Assembly (NCBI GenBank): GCA_001179505.1
Contig: CDMY01000422.1
Location: 16,075-80,074, forward strand
DNA: 64,000 nucleotides
Direction: 5' to 3'
Source of the DNA: Vitrella brassicaformis CCMP3155
Lineage: Eukaryota > Protista > Chromerida
This document shows, piece by piece, positions 1 through 12,059 of the stretch. Positions within the stretch are counted from its first letter, which is position 1. Each line of letters starts with the position of its first letter. Under the pieces are notes generated by a model, which had not been told where the DNA came from, made no database searches, and saw only the letters and a list, made by a program, of their open reading frames with translations. Both the position numbers and the translations under genes were made by a program.

Positions 1-269
1 AGCCTTAGGGCAGCGCGTTGTTCCGTGCCAGGCCATGCCCGTTGATATGGACGTGTAAGGGGCTATGAGTGATGATTCCCAGGAGAAGGAAGGACAGGGG
101 GAGGTGGACGAGTGCAATGATTGCAATACACTTCATTGCAATGCATCATATCGAAGCCAAAAAGGAGTCGCCACCTTGTTGGTCGCTAATATAAAAAACC
201 GTAACAAACCCTAGCGAAACCCTGGACGAGGCTCGCCCAGGCTCGCCCTGCAGGCTCGCCCTACGATCG

Positions 270-965
270 CCGAGCGTTCCTTCGTTCGTTCGTCAACCCC
301 GGCCCCCCGAAGGGGTACGCAAGAAAGGGTCTGTGTGAGTCCATAGAAAGTCACAAGTCAGGAGAAGGAAGCACCGGATGCAACGCAACCCACCGCTTAC
401 GCAAGGCCTTCGCAGACAGTAGAAAACTGGCTACCGCTTCATGCACACGCAGTGAGCGAGAGGTGAGCAGAGAAAAGGCAAACACAAGAGGATCACAATA
501 ATTGAGATCCCATCGAAAGTAAACCTTGCCATCACGCGCCGCAAGGCCATACATGCGAACAACACGGAATACTTCCCCTCGTGCAGAGCTATAGAGCGGA
601 CAGTAGAAAAGAATGTGCAGCTCATCCTCAACAGGTGGCACCCACATGTGAGATAAGAAATGAAAAACGGTGCAATACGGGCAAGAGCGTAGCAGTCGTG
701 GAGGGCCACCGATACGCCCATCAGTAACTGCACAAGGATATGTACCGGTCCGAAAAGCGAACAGCACACGACGCTTGGGTCTAGGTAGTGAGAAGTAGCA
801 TGGAAAGGTGGACAAGGGCTGGATGAGGCGATGAAGCCAGTCTTGGCCTGACTCAATAATGAAATCACGCAGAAAAGGAGGTACGTACGCAGGTAGAGAG
901 AGTAGAGCGTTCGTTCCTTCGTTCGTTAACCTCACGGGGACCTTGCCCCCCGGCCCCCCGAAGCG
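270..965 (-). mobile_element. 5'-truncated non-LTR retrotransposon (LINE) 3' end: C-terminal zinc-knuckle region of ORF2 plus 3' UTR and (CGAA)n-like tail
   Basis: ORF 351-935(-) contains AFRTG..., CPYC...VEDELHILFYCPLY...R, the CCHC-type motif typical of the C-terminus of APE-LINE ORF2. It is followed by a GC-rich hairpin and ACGAACGAACGAAGGAACG. The first ~10 codons of the ORF come from a second copy of this tail (905-965). Confidence 0.8.
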
Positions 966-1302
966 TCACAGTAGAGAATGAAGAAGGAAGAAGGAGGAGA
1001 AGGGATGTGACGCAGGGAGAGCGTTGGCGCTCCGCTGCTTGCGGAGGGAGGGAGGAATTCTTCTTGCAAGCCCGATCGCGCTTCTTTTCCTCGGCTCCCA
1101 CCCGATCGGGTTTGCACGAAGAAGTGCGTGTTGCAGACTGAGATTCTGTGTGGTCACTGTTGGCAGGCGCCTCATGGGCCTCCGCCTACGTCTTCGCTCC
1201 CGTTGGACGAGGATTGGGGGACCCGGGTGGACACCACAATTGGTTTCATCGATTTTTGGCCTCACACACCTCACACACCAGGGCAGATGGGAGCCAATGC
1301 AT

Positions 1303-1410
1303 GATGTGTGTGTGTTCTCTGTGTGTGTGTTCTCTGTGTGTGTTGTCTGTGTGTGTGTTGTCTGTGTGTGTGTTGTCTGTGTGTGTGTTGTCTGTGTGTG
1401 TCTGTGCCAT
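1303..1410. repeat. Compound microsatellite (GTGTGTGTTCTCT / GTGTGTGTTGTCT units)
   Basis: Directly visible tandem units; they explain the spurious VC/TH-rich ORFs in the track. Confidence 0.95.
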
Positions 1411-1421
1411 TCGTTCTTGCA

Positions 1422-1753
1422 AAGGCGAGGCCCGAAGGGCCGAGCCTGAGCTGGCTTCTTTGGTCCGTGTGAGTTCTCTGTGTGTGTTCTCTGTGTGTGT
1501 CTCTGTGCATCACATGCAACCTCCCACCCGCCCCCTGCACACACCGGTTGTCTCTCTCTTTCGTACGAAGGCGAGGCCCGAAGGGCCGAGCCTAAGCGTG
1601 GCTTCTCTCGTCTGTGTGAGTTCTCTATGTGAGTTCTCTGTGTATCTGTGCATCACATGCAACCTCCCACCCACTCCTCTCTCTCTCTCTCTCTCTCTCG
1701 CTATTTGTGTGTGTGTGTAGTTGATGCGAAGGCGAGGCCCGAAGGGCCGAGCC
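1422..1753. repeat. Three tandem ~150-bp units, each with an identical 25-bp hairpin core AAGGCGAGGCCCGAAGGGCCGAGCC
   Basis: Exact copies start at 1422, 1568 and 1729. The two inter-core segments share GTGTGAGTTCTCT...CTGTGCATCACATGCAACCTCCCACC. Confidence 0.9.
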
Positions 1754-2406
1754 GAGCCAAGGCATGGTGTGTGTATCTGTGTGCACTAGCGTTGTATGTG
1801 TAGTGGAGAGACGATGTTGTGGAGAGACGACAAAAGAGCGGAGAGAGCTGCAACGATATGAAGAATGCAGTGGAGAGACGCCAGCTCACTATGGAGAGGG
1901 CGGGAGAAGTCGGAGAGACGGCTTCGTAGTGCCCTTTCTCACCGTTGCTTTCTGCCTCCGCCTGCAATAACTGTTTGTTTGGCTACTGAGACGGCATTGG
2001 GTGCTCAAAGCAACCTTTTTTGTACGCTTTGAGGGGCAGACGTGTGGCAGCGTCTTTCTGCGTGCGTTTTTCGTCGTTTCTTTTGCCTTTCTTGCGCCAA
2101 GCGTGCTCTATGGGTTTCGTTCGCTGGTGTGTGGTCTCCTGCGTGCCTTCTGCAGTGTCCCTTTGGTTCCCTCTCTGTTTGTCCTGGTGTGTTCCCCGCT
2201 TCTGGTGCTGTTTTCACCGTTTTTTCGCTCGTCCTGGACGCCCCTGAGGTGGGGGGATCTGCTGTGTGCTGCTGGTGTGCTGAAAAGGGTGCGGATTTTT
2301 TTTCCACGGGTTTTCTGAAAAAGCTAGCATAGCTCGCGGTAAAACGACCCGTCTACTGGTCCCGATGGTCATGATCACCTTCTGCACTCATCGGTTGTCT
2401 CTCTCT

Positions 2407-2440
<34 letters not shown>

Positions 2441-2671
2441 ATTCCACACACCCTCTGCACACATGGGTTGTCTCTCTCTCTCTCTCTCTCTCCACCAGGG
2501 CATGTTGAACCTTTACTAAGACCATTTCACGAGTGATTCAACATGTCCTTTGAGATTCTCCTCTGGAACAGACGCTTGCCTGCACCGCCGCGACGTGGCC
2601 AGCGACCGAGCCCTGCGCGCTCCGCCGCCTGCTAACCGGCCAGACAAACTGGACAAGTGGGAAATCGCTCC

Positions 2672-3060
2672 CTATCTCCTTTTTGTTTGCTCTCGTTCAC
2701 GCGCTTTCATAAAATTTCCCCTGACTCGCTCGCGTTCGCGAAACGAAATGCATGCAAAGCCCCCATGGCCGCATGCGAGCCCCCAGCCGAAGGGAACCGA
2801 AGGAAGTGCTAGTTTGGCGAGCTTTTGGCGTGTGTGACCGCCCCTTTTCTCCTTTGACGATGGCATGTCGCCGTTTTCGATCACCTCGAGTGCAGCGCTG
2901 ATGCTCGTCAGCATCCTTCGATTCCGTTTCGTCAGCAGAAAACTACGAGGGGCGTCTCGAAACATATCGCACGTGTTTCTTGTCAAATCTTTTCTGCATC
3001 TCAGATCAAGAGGACTTTCAGGTGCGTCGGTTGGCGAATGACAGCTCGTCACGCAGCGGG
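2672..3060 (-). pseudogene. Degenerate member of the tandem AP2-like family (helix end plus linker only)
   Basis: LDLRCRKDLTRNTCDMF...LTKRNRRMLTSISAALEVI aligns with ALELKRQHLLTGKCAVC...LTTRDRRQLAAINAALGVI (31.5-31.8 kb). His->Asp and Cys->Phe are each one base change; downstream sequence diverges. Confidence 0.45.
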
Positions 3061-3482
3061 CTCGAGAGGGACTAACTGACCATCCCTGCAATGTCTAGAT
3101 GCATGTAGGTTGACGGAGGGACGCAGGGAGATCTAAATGGGTATGTAGGGCTGCCTGGCTGAGTGCTGCATACAGTACATGAATGCGCGTATGCATGCAC
3201 GTTTGATGAATGAATTCGGAAAAGGAGGGGGATCAGCTCGGCCGCTCAGTTTGTTGTGTGTTCGGTGTGTCGGTGTGTGTGGATGGATGGTTGGATGTGC
3301 CCATGTATATTGATTGTTGTGTAATCGAGAATACATACTGACAAAATAATGACAAACGTTAGAGTACAAATGCAGTCAATCCGTCGAGTTGCCTCACTCA
3401 CTCGGTCTTCTTGTTGCTTGCTTCTCTGCACACAGAAAAAGGCAGCAAAGTACCCAATGACGTCGCCACGATGCACTCGAAT

Positions 3483-6400
3483 TTACGTTGGTATGTTCCG
3501 CGAGTGGTCATCTGCAGGCGACGCTGTGGTTGCGCCCTGGCCTCCCCCGCCCCCCACGGATCCCATCAGTAGTGAGTTGATGAGCGGCAGGTTGGGCAGC
3601 AGAAAGGCATCGTAAGCGAATCCCATGGCCTTAGATGCGAACTGGTTCACAGCACTGAGCCACCCGGCCAGCCGACACAACCACGACATGCAATGCATCC
3701 CGGAGCGGACCCCGGTAACCACCGCTCCTTGACGCTTACCGCTGGTGCCCCGTTTGGTATGCGACCAGAAGCGCCACGGCAAGCCCCAGCACCACATAAA
3801 TGATGAACACGCGACACGACATCAGCTCGTCCCAACCTGAGAAGCCAAAAATGAAACGAGAGGCCATGCACATCGCTGGCTGGTCGTCTTGCTCGCATCG
3901 CATCACAATCCTGGACTGACCGACAAGCAGGAGGAGAAGCCATACCCACCACGGCACATTAGCAAGGGAATTCTTGGAACTGCACAGAGAAAAGGAGAGA
4001 GAAGCGGATCATTCGCATACATGATGTTTCCTTGTACGTGTTCGCACTTGTTACCCGCCAGATGCGCGCATGATTTGTGCGTTTTGACAGGTCTTGACCA
4101 TCGTGCGTTCGATCTGATCGGTCCGACACCCATCAGCCAGAAAAGCGGTTTGCGCAGCTGATGTATTGAGTTACTACCCGTGTTTGTACAGCAGCCTTCA
4201 TCGTGTCGGTAAGGAGAGGAGTCTCAACCCCTGCAGAGCACACAGCAGCATAGTCCACAACCAGCCAACATTCGTTCGCGAGTGCGTACACCGCTGCACT
4301 TCTCCAGTCGGGTCGGAGTATCCCGGGATGACCTTGTCCAGACTCACATCGAAGGTGATAAAGGTGCCCAGGGACTCTGTATGGTCAAATTACATCCGGG
4401 ACGACAACAAAGGTTCATTGGAGAGGTCTGCAATGCATGCAGCCCATTGCCGCGGAGGCACGCCGGCCTTACCCATGGCCTTTTCCTTGGCCTTGAGGAA
4501 GTACTGACTGATCCGCTCCTGAGATATGTCGGGCCACTGACACACAAACAGACAGGTCTGTCCCAGGAAAAGCGACCTCCTGTGTCTGCGTGAGTACGTG
4601 TCTGGGCGTGCCATCTTCATTGATTTCGAACTCGGCTTGGAACTTCTGTATGATGGAGTGATCGAGGGAGTGTTTGACGAAGTGCTCCAGCTTGGTCCGT
4701 GCCTCCTTGACGCACTCCCGTCCCACCAGGGCCTCCAGCCCCTCACCCAGGCCCTCCGATGCAGCTGCGCCGCTGGGTGGTGCGCTTGTGCTGCTTGAAC
4801 CGCCCGACACCTCCACGTGGTCGATGTTAACCACGACACGACGAGTCAATCCTATTCACACACACATTGCACACGGATGGGCAGTTGATGCCGCGCCTGC
4901 ATGCATGTGCCCTCGTACCTTTCCACGACTCGCTCATTTGCTGTACGGCAACTTCTTTCGCCTTGCAAATTGCGTCTGTTGCCATCGTCCAGAAGACTTC
5001 CTTGGCCACGGTCGTCTGGCTCACCAGAATGTCAATCTGTGTCAACTCCTCCGATATCGGACCCTGAAGCGGAAACGGACCACAGACACATGAGCTACGG
5101 CTTATAGACGGTATCGGTGCGGTTTCATTCTGGCCTGTAATGCTTCCTTGAAGGCAGCCAACTGTGCTTGGCGAACCCGATTGATCGAATTCTCCAGCGC
5201 ATCTGACAAGACCGCAGACCAAGGGCTCTCGCGTCATCCTCGAGAGACAGTGCCTCACGGACCTGTGAGTGACTGCAGCGTGTGGGATACGTCAAACGTC
5301 CGTGGCCCATCGCCAGGTACCGCGACGGAGCACGCCAAACCTGCCTCTCGCAGCTGACGCAGAGAATCCTGCTCAGCAGTGCCACTGCAGCACACAACCG
5401 GACAAAACATAACACTCTCGCGCTCTCGTGAAGATACAATCCATCCATGCCGTGGGGTCTTACCATGTGTCGGCGAAGTTGACCCATTCCTCGCTCTGTG
5501 TGACTCAGACAGCAACTCAGCAGTGTATGCGTCTTAGTCAAGTGAGCTTTGGCATGTTGTTGTACCGTACCAGCTTGGCGCGCGAACCGATGGCTGCGAA
5601 ACGCGCGCTGCAGACAACACGACGTTAGCACAGACATGCCAGCACGTCACGGCTGGCGGCGCGACGGTCCCCGGCTCCGTGCTCACTCGAGCTGTTTGGA
5701 GAAGTCCTTGGCGATGGATGTCTTGATGTGCATGAGATGCGCTTCGACGACCTGCTGCAGCTCGTCGCACAAACTGCGTAGGCATACACGCATACATACA
5801 CAAGTATACCCACATGTGCAATTCATTCTAAGCGGCCGGGTGGGTCTTGGTTCCCTACTGCTTACGCGTTGATAAGTTCAGAGCGTTTCTTCAAGTAAAC
5901 GGTCTCCTGTACACAAAGACGCCAGTATACAGACACAGGCATATGAGCGCGAATCTCATTTGAGGAGACCTGGTAGCGCGAGGCAGGCTCCTCGTAGGCG
6001 GCTGAGACAAAGGGGAACGCAGGAACCTACTTTTTGGCGCCAGTCATGCACGCCGTGCATTCAATTCCCTGCATACCCACTACTTGTTGGATGAGGTTAT
6101 TGCCCCAGCCCTGAAGGTCGGGCACGGGTCCATGATGCGCCTACACACGACAAAGCATGGGGATGCCTTCTCGCACACAGCAAGCGATCACAGGTAGGCC
6201 CGCTGCGTCCCGATCACCTGATTCACTTTGGCGGTTATCTTCGGCTGAGTCTCGACCAACAGTGCGCTCTTGATCTCTTCACACCTGAACAATAGATGGA
6301 CATAGAGCGAGTGAGGGAGGGAGGGACACGACATGCCTCATGCACCACTGCGAGCGAGGGACGCTCTCCTTACCTGTATGTGGCGAGCATCTCCTTCTGT

Positions 6401-8017
6401 GATGGAATGTTGAGCTGAGACTCGTGCACAATGGTGTCCTGGTCAGACAGGGCGAAAAATACCAACAAGCACCATCGATTGATTCCTTTCGTGGCCAGTT
6501 CCGTTCATTGTCGTACCCACACGCTTTTGCAGTAGTGCGCGAAGCCGTCTGCGGGCACGCGGCGAGAGTACTGCGCGGGGCGAAGACTTGTCAACCACCT
6601 GAAATACATAGGGCGAGAGAAGCAATGCCAACACACATATACATGCGACAGCGCAGCATAGGATTGGTTTGATGGTTTACTTCCGCCTCAGGTCTTGTAC
6701 ACCCTTCCGGAAATCCTCCAGCGACGCGAAAAACGAAGGCAAACCAACTGAACAACATGGACACACCGGATGCAAACAGAAGCGATGCAAGCAGAATCAA
6801 ACAGAAGAATACAGTGGCCAGTCCAGCAATCCCCACTTGTGTGGAATTCGAAGAAGTCGTCTGCCCCTGTGTCTTCGAAACACTTTGGCTGAATCAACAG
6901 ACATAGACGGCAAAGAGAGGAGGAGGGGTGCAGGTCCGCGCCAGCCAGAACGTGTACCTTTTTGATCTTTGTCCATATCTTCCGTATGTCATCTTCAAGC
7001 ATTGTCTCGAGAGTAGCTGACAGGAAGAGGCATCAAGCAACAGAGCTAAGTCATGGACTGGAGTTCACGTGGCTCATCCCCATTTAGTCCGTCACCCAGT
7101 GGTGTTTGCATTTCGCTGTGGTCTCGAATCACAAACAACATGACAGTCCTTTTGGACCTGACATGTTTGCCAAGGCCCACAGCCAACAAATGACGACACA
7201 TGATACAGCCCTGTCTGCTCGCACACGCCCGGATTTCTTTCTGCTCACTCATCTGATTGTTGGAACAGCTCCAGATTGACCGCCAGCACCTTCTCCAGCA
7301 GCTCGTAGTTTGACGCTGTCGCGCGGCCGATGTCCTACATGGATATCCATGCGCGACAGCACAACCTGAATTCAGGCTACGTGGTTGCGTACGTGCATCC
7401 ACATGTTGATGACCACCAGGTCGGCCACTGCGAGAGAGAAGAGGGCCGCGCGATGCTCGAAAGTCTGAATATGAATCAGCAGTCAGGAACAACAGGCAGA
7501 CTCGGCTCGGCCGTGGGGTTGCATTGGTGAGTCCTTACATGTCTGTCTTCGCCCCTTTCTCTGCTGTCGGTGCCTTCCACATCGACGATGATCGTGGCCG
7601 TGCCTTGTCCCTCGACCAAATCCCGACCCAGCCACAGACCCTTCGTGGTCTGGCTACGCCCCAGCTGGGAATTCATCACCTGGAACCTCGTGCCGAACAA
7701 ATGATTCAACAGGGTGCCTGGTGACAAGAACGCAGCACCACCAGGCAGAGAACGAACAGGAAAAACACTACTCTCATGCTTGGGTGCACAGATCTGCCTC
7801 TTCGCTCCTACTTTTCCCGCTCGACTGGCATCCCAGCACTGTGACAACGGAGTAGTCGAAGCCGCACCTGCTAAGATGCTTCTCCTCCAGCCACTTTTCA
7901 ACCTCACCACTGACAATGGACACAGCATCATTGTGTCTTGCACCTCGATGTTCTGTTGTCGGCTTACACGAATCGCCCTGATTCGTCGATGATCTGGAGA
8001 AGCATGTTGTCCTCCAT
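3483..8017 (-). CDS. SEY1: SEY1/RHD3 atlastin-like ER fusion GTPase, multi-exon
   Basis: Exons read [31 protein letters not shown]|[32 protein letters not shown]-terminal tandem TM segments ([25 protein letters not shown]); stop at 3483. Confidence 0.93.
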
Positions 8018-8329
8018 CTTACGGAAAAGTGCGTAAACACACGCGAACTGGCAAGCCCTGTATCGGCTCGCGAATCGATGAATGCTGCCGGATGAAACCT
8101 TCAGTCGGTCAAAGGATAATTAAGCTTGAATCTGGACCGTGCGTGATAATTCACATTCTGTTCGGAAGCTCAGCGTTGCTGCTGATTACAGGGAGGATGG
8201 GATCCCTGGTATGCACACAGGGGAGGGCGCAGAGCGCAAGAGCTTGTATGGAGCTGTGTGTATCGAGTCCAGAGGGCCCTGTTTCCTGCAGATCGAAGTC
8301 GTCCACATGACCCCGAGAACAATCAGATG

Positions 8330-9710
8330 TTAGGCGGGAACATTCGTCGCCCTACAGTCTATGATCGGTTCTCTATCAGGTCCAAGACGCATCTTCTTGA
8401 CGCACGCACTCTTGCAAAGCTCTTCGCTGAGCAAGGCGGCGGCAGGAGCCATAGGGCGACCCGAGCAATGGCACAATGCGAACGAGTAGCGTCTTGTTCG
8501 TGTCAGGCTCCGATAGGCTCGTATTGTCAATTGCTCTCAACGTAAGTAAAGAGGAACACACACACACACACCGACAGAGATAGACAGTGCCAGCCTTTGA
8601 GGGGTTTTCTCGTGTTTGTCTGCTCTACATAGGACGACAGCCGGGACGCGTTGCAGAAGATCACTGGCTTCGTCTCTCCTGAGTTCTGTTGAGACTGGAC
8701 AAAAACTTCCCGCACTGGAGTGCAACTGATCGTGTCCTGGCAGATTAGCAGGTAGTGCGTGAGAGGTAAGGGCACGGGGAGGAGAAAAGGATGACTGACT
8801 GGATGACTTTCTCTGTGGTTGGGTTGCCTGTGTTGAGTGTAGCTGTTTCCCATCGGGACAAAAGCAGGTGCGAGTGTCGCGTGCATCTCACGCACCTTTT
8901 GGGAGGCACTCGCCTACAGAAATGCCTTCGTTGAGAACATCGAGCGCTCCCGAGGTTCCGAACAAGACGGAGGTGGTGCGTCAGCTGTGGCAGACATACA
9001 GACTGCCGGCTAGGGGGGACGAGATGGTGTGGAGAGACCAAGGAGAGGGAGGGGGAGAAATGAAGGAAACGAGCATAGAGAGTCTGAGACTGTGAGAGCA
9101 GGCGATGAACTTTTTTGGAACTGGTTAATACGTGTGTGTTCGTGCAACGTATACATGAGTAACGAGTTTGACCTAAAGGGCGGGAATGACTAAGGAATGA
9201 CTAATGGTCTCCAATCTAATGAGTGAACCTACTGTCTCTCTCAACGAAAGTGAAACCTGAGAGGCAACAGAAAGCATAGCCCCACTCCCCTTGCGACTCC
9301 TTCCGCTTCCTTGTGCCTCCCTCGCTCCCTACCATTGTGTGTGTGTGTTTTGGATGAAGATGGTGAGTTTTTCCGCAGATAGAAACGGAAAGCGTAGCTT
9401 ATTTTATGTGATGGACCGTGGACGGCTGAAGACATCCTCGTCCTGTTGTTGAATCTGCGAAGGCGAGAGGTCTGCGATGATGGATTTCTAGACACTTATT
9501 CACATTTATTCTGTTGCGCCACTCTACCTTAGGAGAAGTAGCCAGCTGCAACGATTCGCCCCCACTTATCCTTCAGACGCGACTCATCCAAAGGTTTGAA
9601 GCCGCCGTCCCTCGTGAGCTCGTAGACTGTCGTGTCAGGAGCTCACGACCCCAGATAACAAACTCCCCGCCATAGCCATGCAGCCGTCTGTTCATCACAC
9701 GTACCCCACA
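8330..9710 (-). CDS. Unidentified multi-exon gene (hypothetical)
   Basis: Several open segments are bounded by GT..AG with CA/GA-rich introns, but I recognise no family and the reading frames are ambiguous. Confidence 0.2.
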
Positions 9711-9759
9711 TGGTAGAAAGAAGATTTGTCAACCATCAGATGGTCATTGACTAGATCAC

Positions 9760-10090
9760 TGAGTTGTCACACGCCTGCTCTGGGTGTAGTGCGCACAGAG
9801 CCCAGCAACCGCCCCGCATACTTGATCCCCTCCGCAGCTCCTATCGCCCTGAACAGACGATCCCCGACCCACCCGTCTCCTCCCTGGTCCCCTCCAAAAG
9901 CACCTCCAAGGGCTGAATGCGCTCAGGAATGACCTCCACAGCCATGTGCCGTGAGACTCAATCAACCCCCTGGGCACATCATATGTGGCCTCGACCGTGA
10001 GCAAGGCGCGCGAGATGCAGCGGGGGGACAAAAGAAGTGGAAAAAGGCGAAAAAGGATAACCGCATCCGTCTGTGCGAGCGGTGCATTAG
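9760..10090 (-). pseudogene. Fragment of an unknown gene family, paralogous to 23420-23740, frameshifted
   Basis: DNA similarity (e.g. GCCCAGCAACCGCCC...CTTGATCCCCTCCGCA...CCCACCCGTC.CCTCCCT; ACCGCATCCGTCTGTGC). Peptide VEATYDVPRGLIESHG vs LEAAYDVIQGFVEGHG. Confidence 0.55.
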
Positions 10091-10390
10091 GCTGGACAGC
10101 GACTAATGTCGCAACACCAACCTTTTATTGCCCATTTGAGGTGCAGAGAACGCTCTGCCCGCGCAGGGTTGCAGACGGACTGTGGGATGACTGTGTGGAC
10201 GATGACTGACATGATGGATTTTTGACTGGCTCCTTCATGTGTTCCGTGAATGCATGTACCTGTTCGAGCCATTCATTCATGAGTTCGATCACGTCGCACA
10301 AAAGTCCGATTCACGTGAAAAAAAAGTCCGTTTGCGAAGAAAGCGAATTATGGGCTGTCGGCGCTATATACATATATATATTCTCCCAAA

Positions 10391-10662
10391 AGACAGGCCG
10401 TGTGCATGCTTTCTATGCATGTCGCGTGGACAGGATCCATCAGCCCCCCAAAAGGAGCACGGGAGGCACCTCTCGTCAAGTCGTAAAAATGATGGGTGTA
10501 TAGGTTGGTTGGTTGGTTAGTGTGTTTAACGAGACTCGTGTCTGTAACCCCGGAGGGATCCTGTTGTCTCACGCACTAAACTAGTATAGGTAGACAGGCC
10601 GTGCTCTGCATGCTCTGCATGCTCACAGGATCGGCGAGTCTCGTTAAACACAATATAACCAA
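10391..10662. repeat. Cluster of three partial copies of a dispersed ~120-bp repeat (10391-10438 -, 10502-10582 +, 10589-10662 -)
   Basis: Shares TGTGTTTAACGAGACTCGTGTCTGTAACCCCGGAGGGATCCTGTTGTCTCACG and GCATGCA..GCATGCACACGGCCTGTCT with 30788-30905. Confidence 0.85.
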
Positions 10663-12059
10663 CACCCCAGAGAGGCGCCGGGATTGATCTGAAGCCCATG
10701 ATTCAAATCACGGATTCGTGCGGCAACCTGCTCTTTTCTCTCCCGCTCAGAAATTTTGCCACGTCGGGCATTGTTCATGCCCTCCACCAAGCGAGCCAGT
10801 ACCATAGCTGTTCTCCGGCATTATTCGTCACGGACAACAGCAGTGTCGTGGCATACAAAAGATTCGGTACAATTGTATGCCGTGGCCGTCTCAATGTTGA
10901 ACCGGTCTTCACACGTGTGGCCTCCCTCAGATCTTGACCGACGCGACGACGCGTTCCTCGTCCTGGCAGTCGTCCACAGTGGCGGCCTTGTTTCTGAGAG
11001 CATTCCCTCACTGGTGATGGAGCGGCTCAGGGGGTGGCTCTCGTGTCTCCACCGGGCCGTTGTCTTGCTTCTAGGAGCGTGTCCACCCACACCGATGGCT
11101 GGGGCTAAAAAGGCGCTGCAGGTCAGCCCGGCAATCGTACGCAACTGAATGGAGTTTTCACCCCCGACATCTATCAGACGTTGGGACCTTTGTTGCGCTG
11201 CCTACTTTCTGAGGGTGTAGACCCAGGTCTGTCACCTGCTCCCATACACGTCGGGCCTTCGCTTCAGTGCGCCGAATACGTCGGTACGTCCGCCCGGAGA
11301 ATGTCCGTCACCCACAGAGTTAGGCATTTTGTCAGGCTTCTCTGCATCAGCCTGGGAGCTGCTGCAGGAGGTCCAGAAGGGGCTGCACGAGCTCGATGGC
11401 GGTGCAGATAAACGGGTATGTAGGCAATCAAACTGCCGCCATGGTACGGCATTCTGTATATCCCTTCACTCCTGGGCCAGGAGCCGCAACTCTGTGCGGC
11501 GTTATCGTGGAAAGGAAGAACGCTCGCAGCCACACCCAAGTGGTTCGCAATGGTTGCCCGGCCAGATCCATCTGCGGACATATCTGACTGCAGCACATTG
11601 CGTGTCCTTTGCAGGAAATCCCAGGACACCATCGACCAGTTACTGCTTCTCGCTCACGCAGACACCGTTGGCGTGCCCCGTAAGGGTCATGGTGGATTCC
11701 CTCTTTGACATTCATGTACCGGTGCGGGCTCCTCTGCCTTTAGGATTCGGTTCAGCCCTTGAGCGCAAGGACGCTTCTCAATCGAGCCAATGCCCCGTCC
11801 GTGTCCCTACAGCGCACGGAGGCTACGATCAGGAGCCAGACGATGCATCGTGTCCGAAAGTGAGGGCGTAGTGGATGAGCCACGTCGGTGCGTGTCCGTG
11901 ATTGCTGTCTTCCTCACCGTAGAGCCTCACGTCGTTGACATGTCTTCGTCTCTATGGACCTTCAACTCGGTGCCCAAAAAGGACAAAAGATGCATCATTA
12001 GGAGCCCAAGGTCAGGATAGAGATCGTATCACGTGGGCTTCACCATTTCACATCGCTGA

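Noticed and set aside
966-1720. Long ORFs with TH/VC repeats
   Set aside because: Translations of microsatellite DNA.
1422-1753. CRISPR-like repeat-spacer array or hammerhead ribozymes
   Set aside because: Spacers are homologous to each other and microsatellite-rich, and there are no cas genes. The CUGANGA and GAAA hammerhead core is absent.
2325-2400. tRNA or tRNA-derived SINE (TAGCTC..GGTA)
   Set aside because: No T-loop/B-box (GTTCRA) and no cloverleaf.
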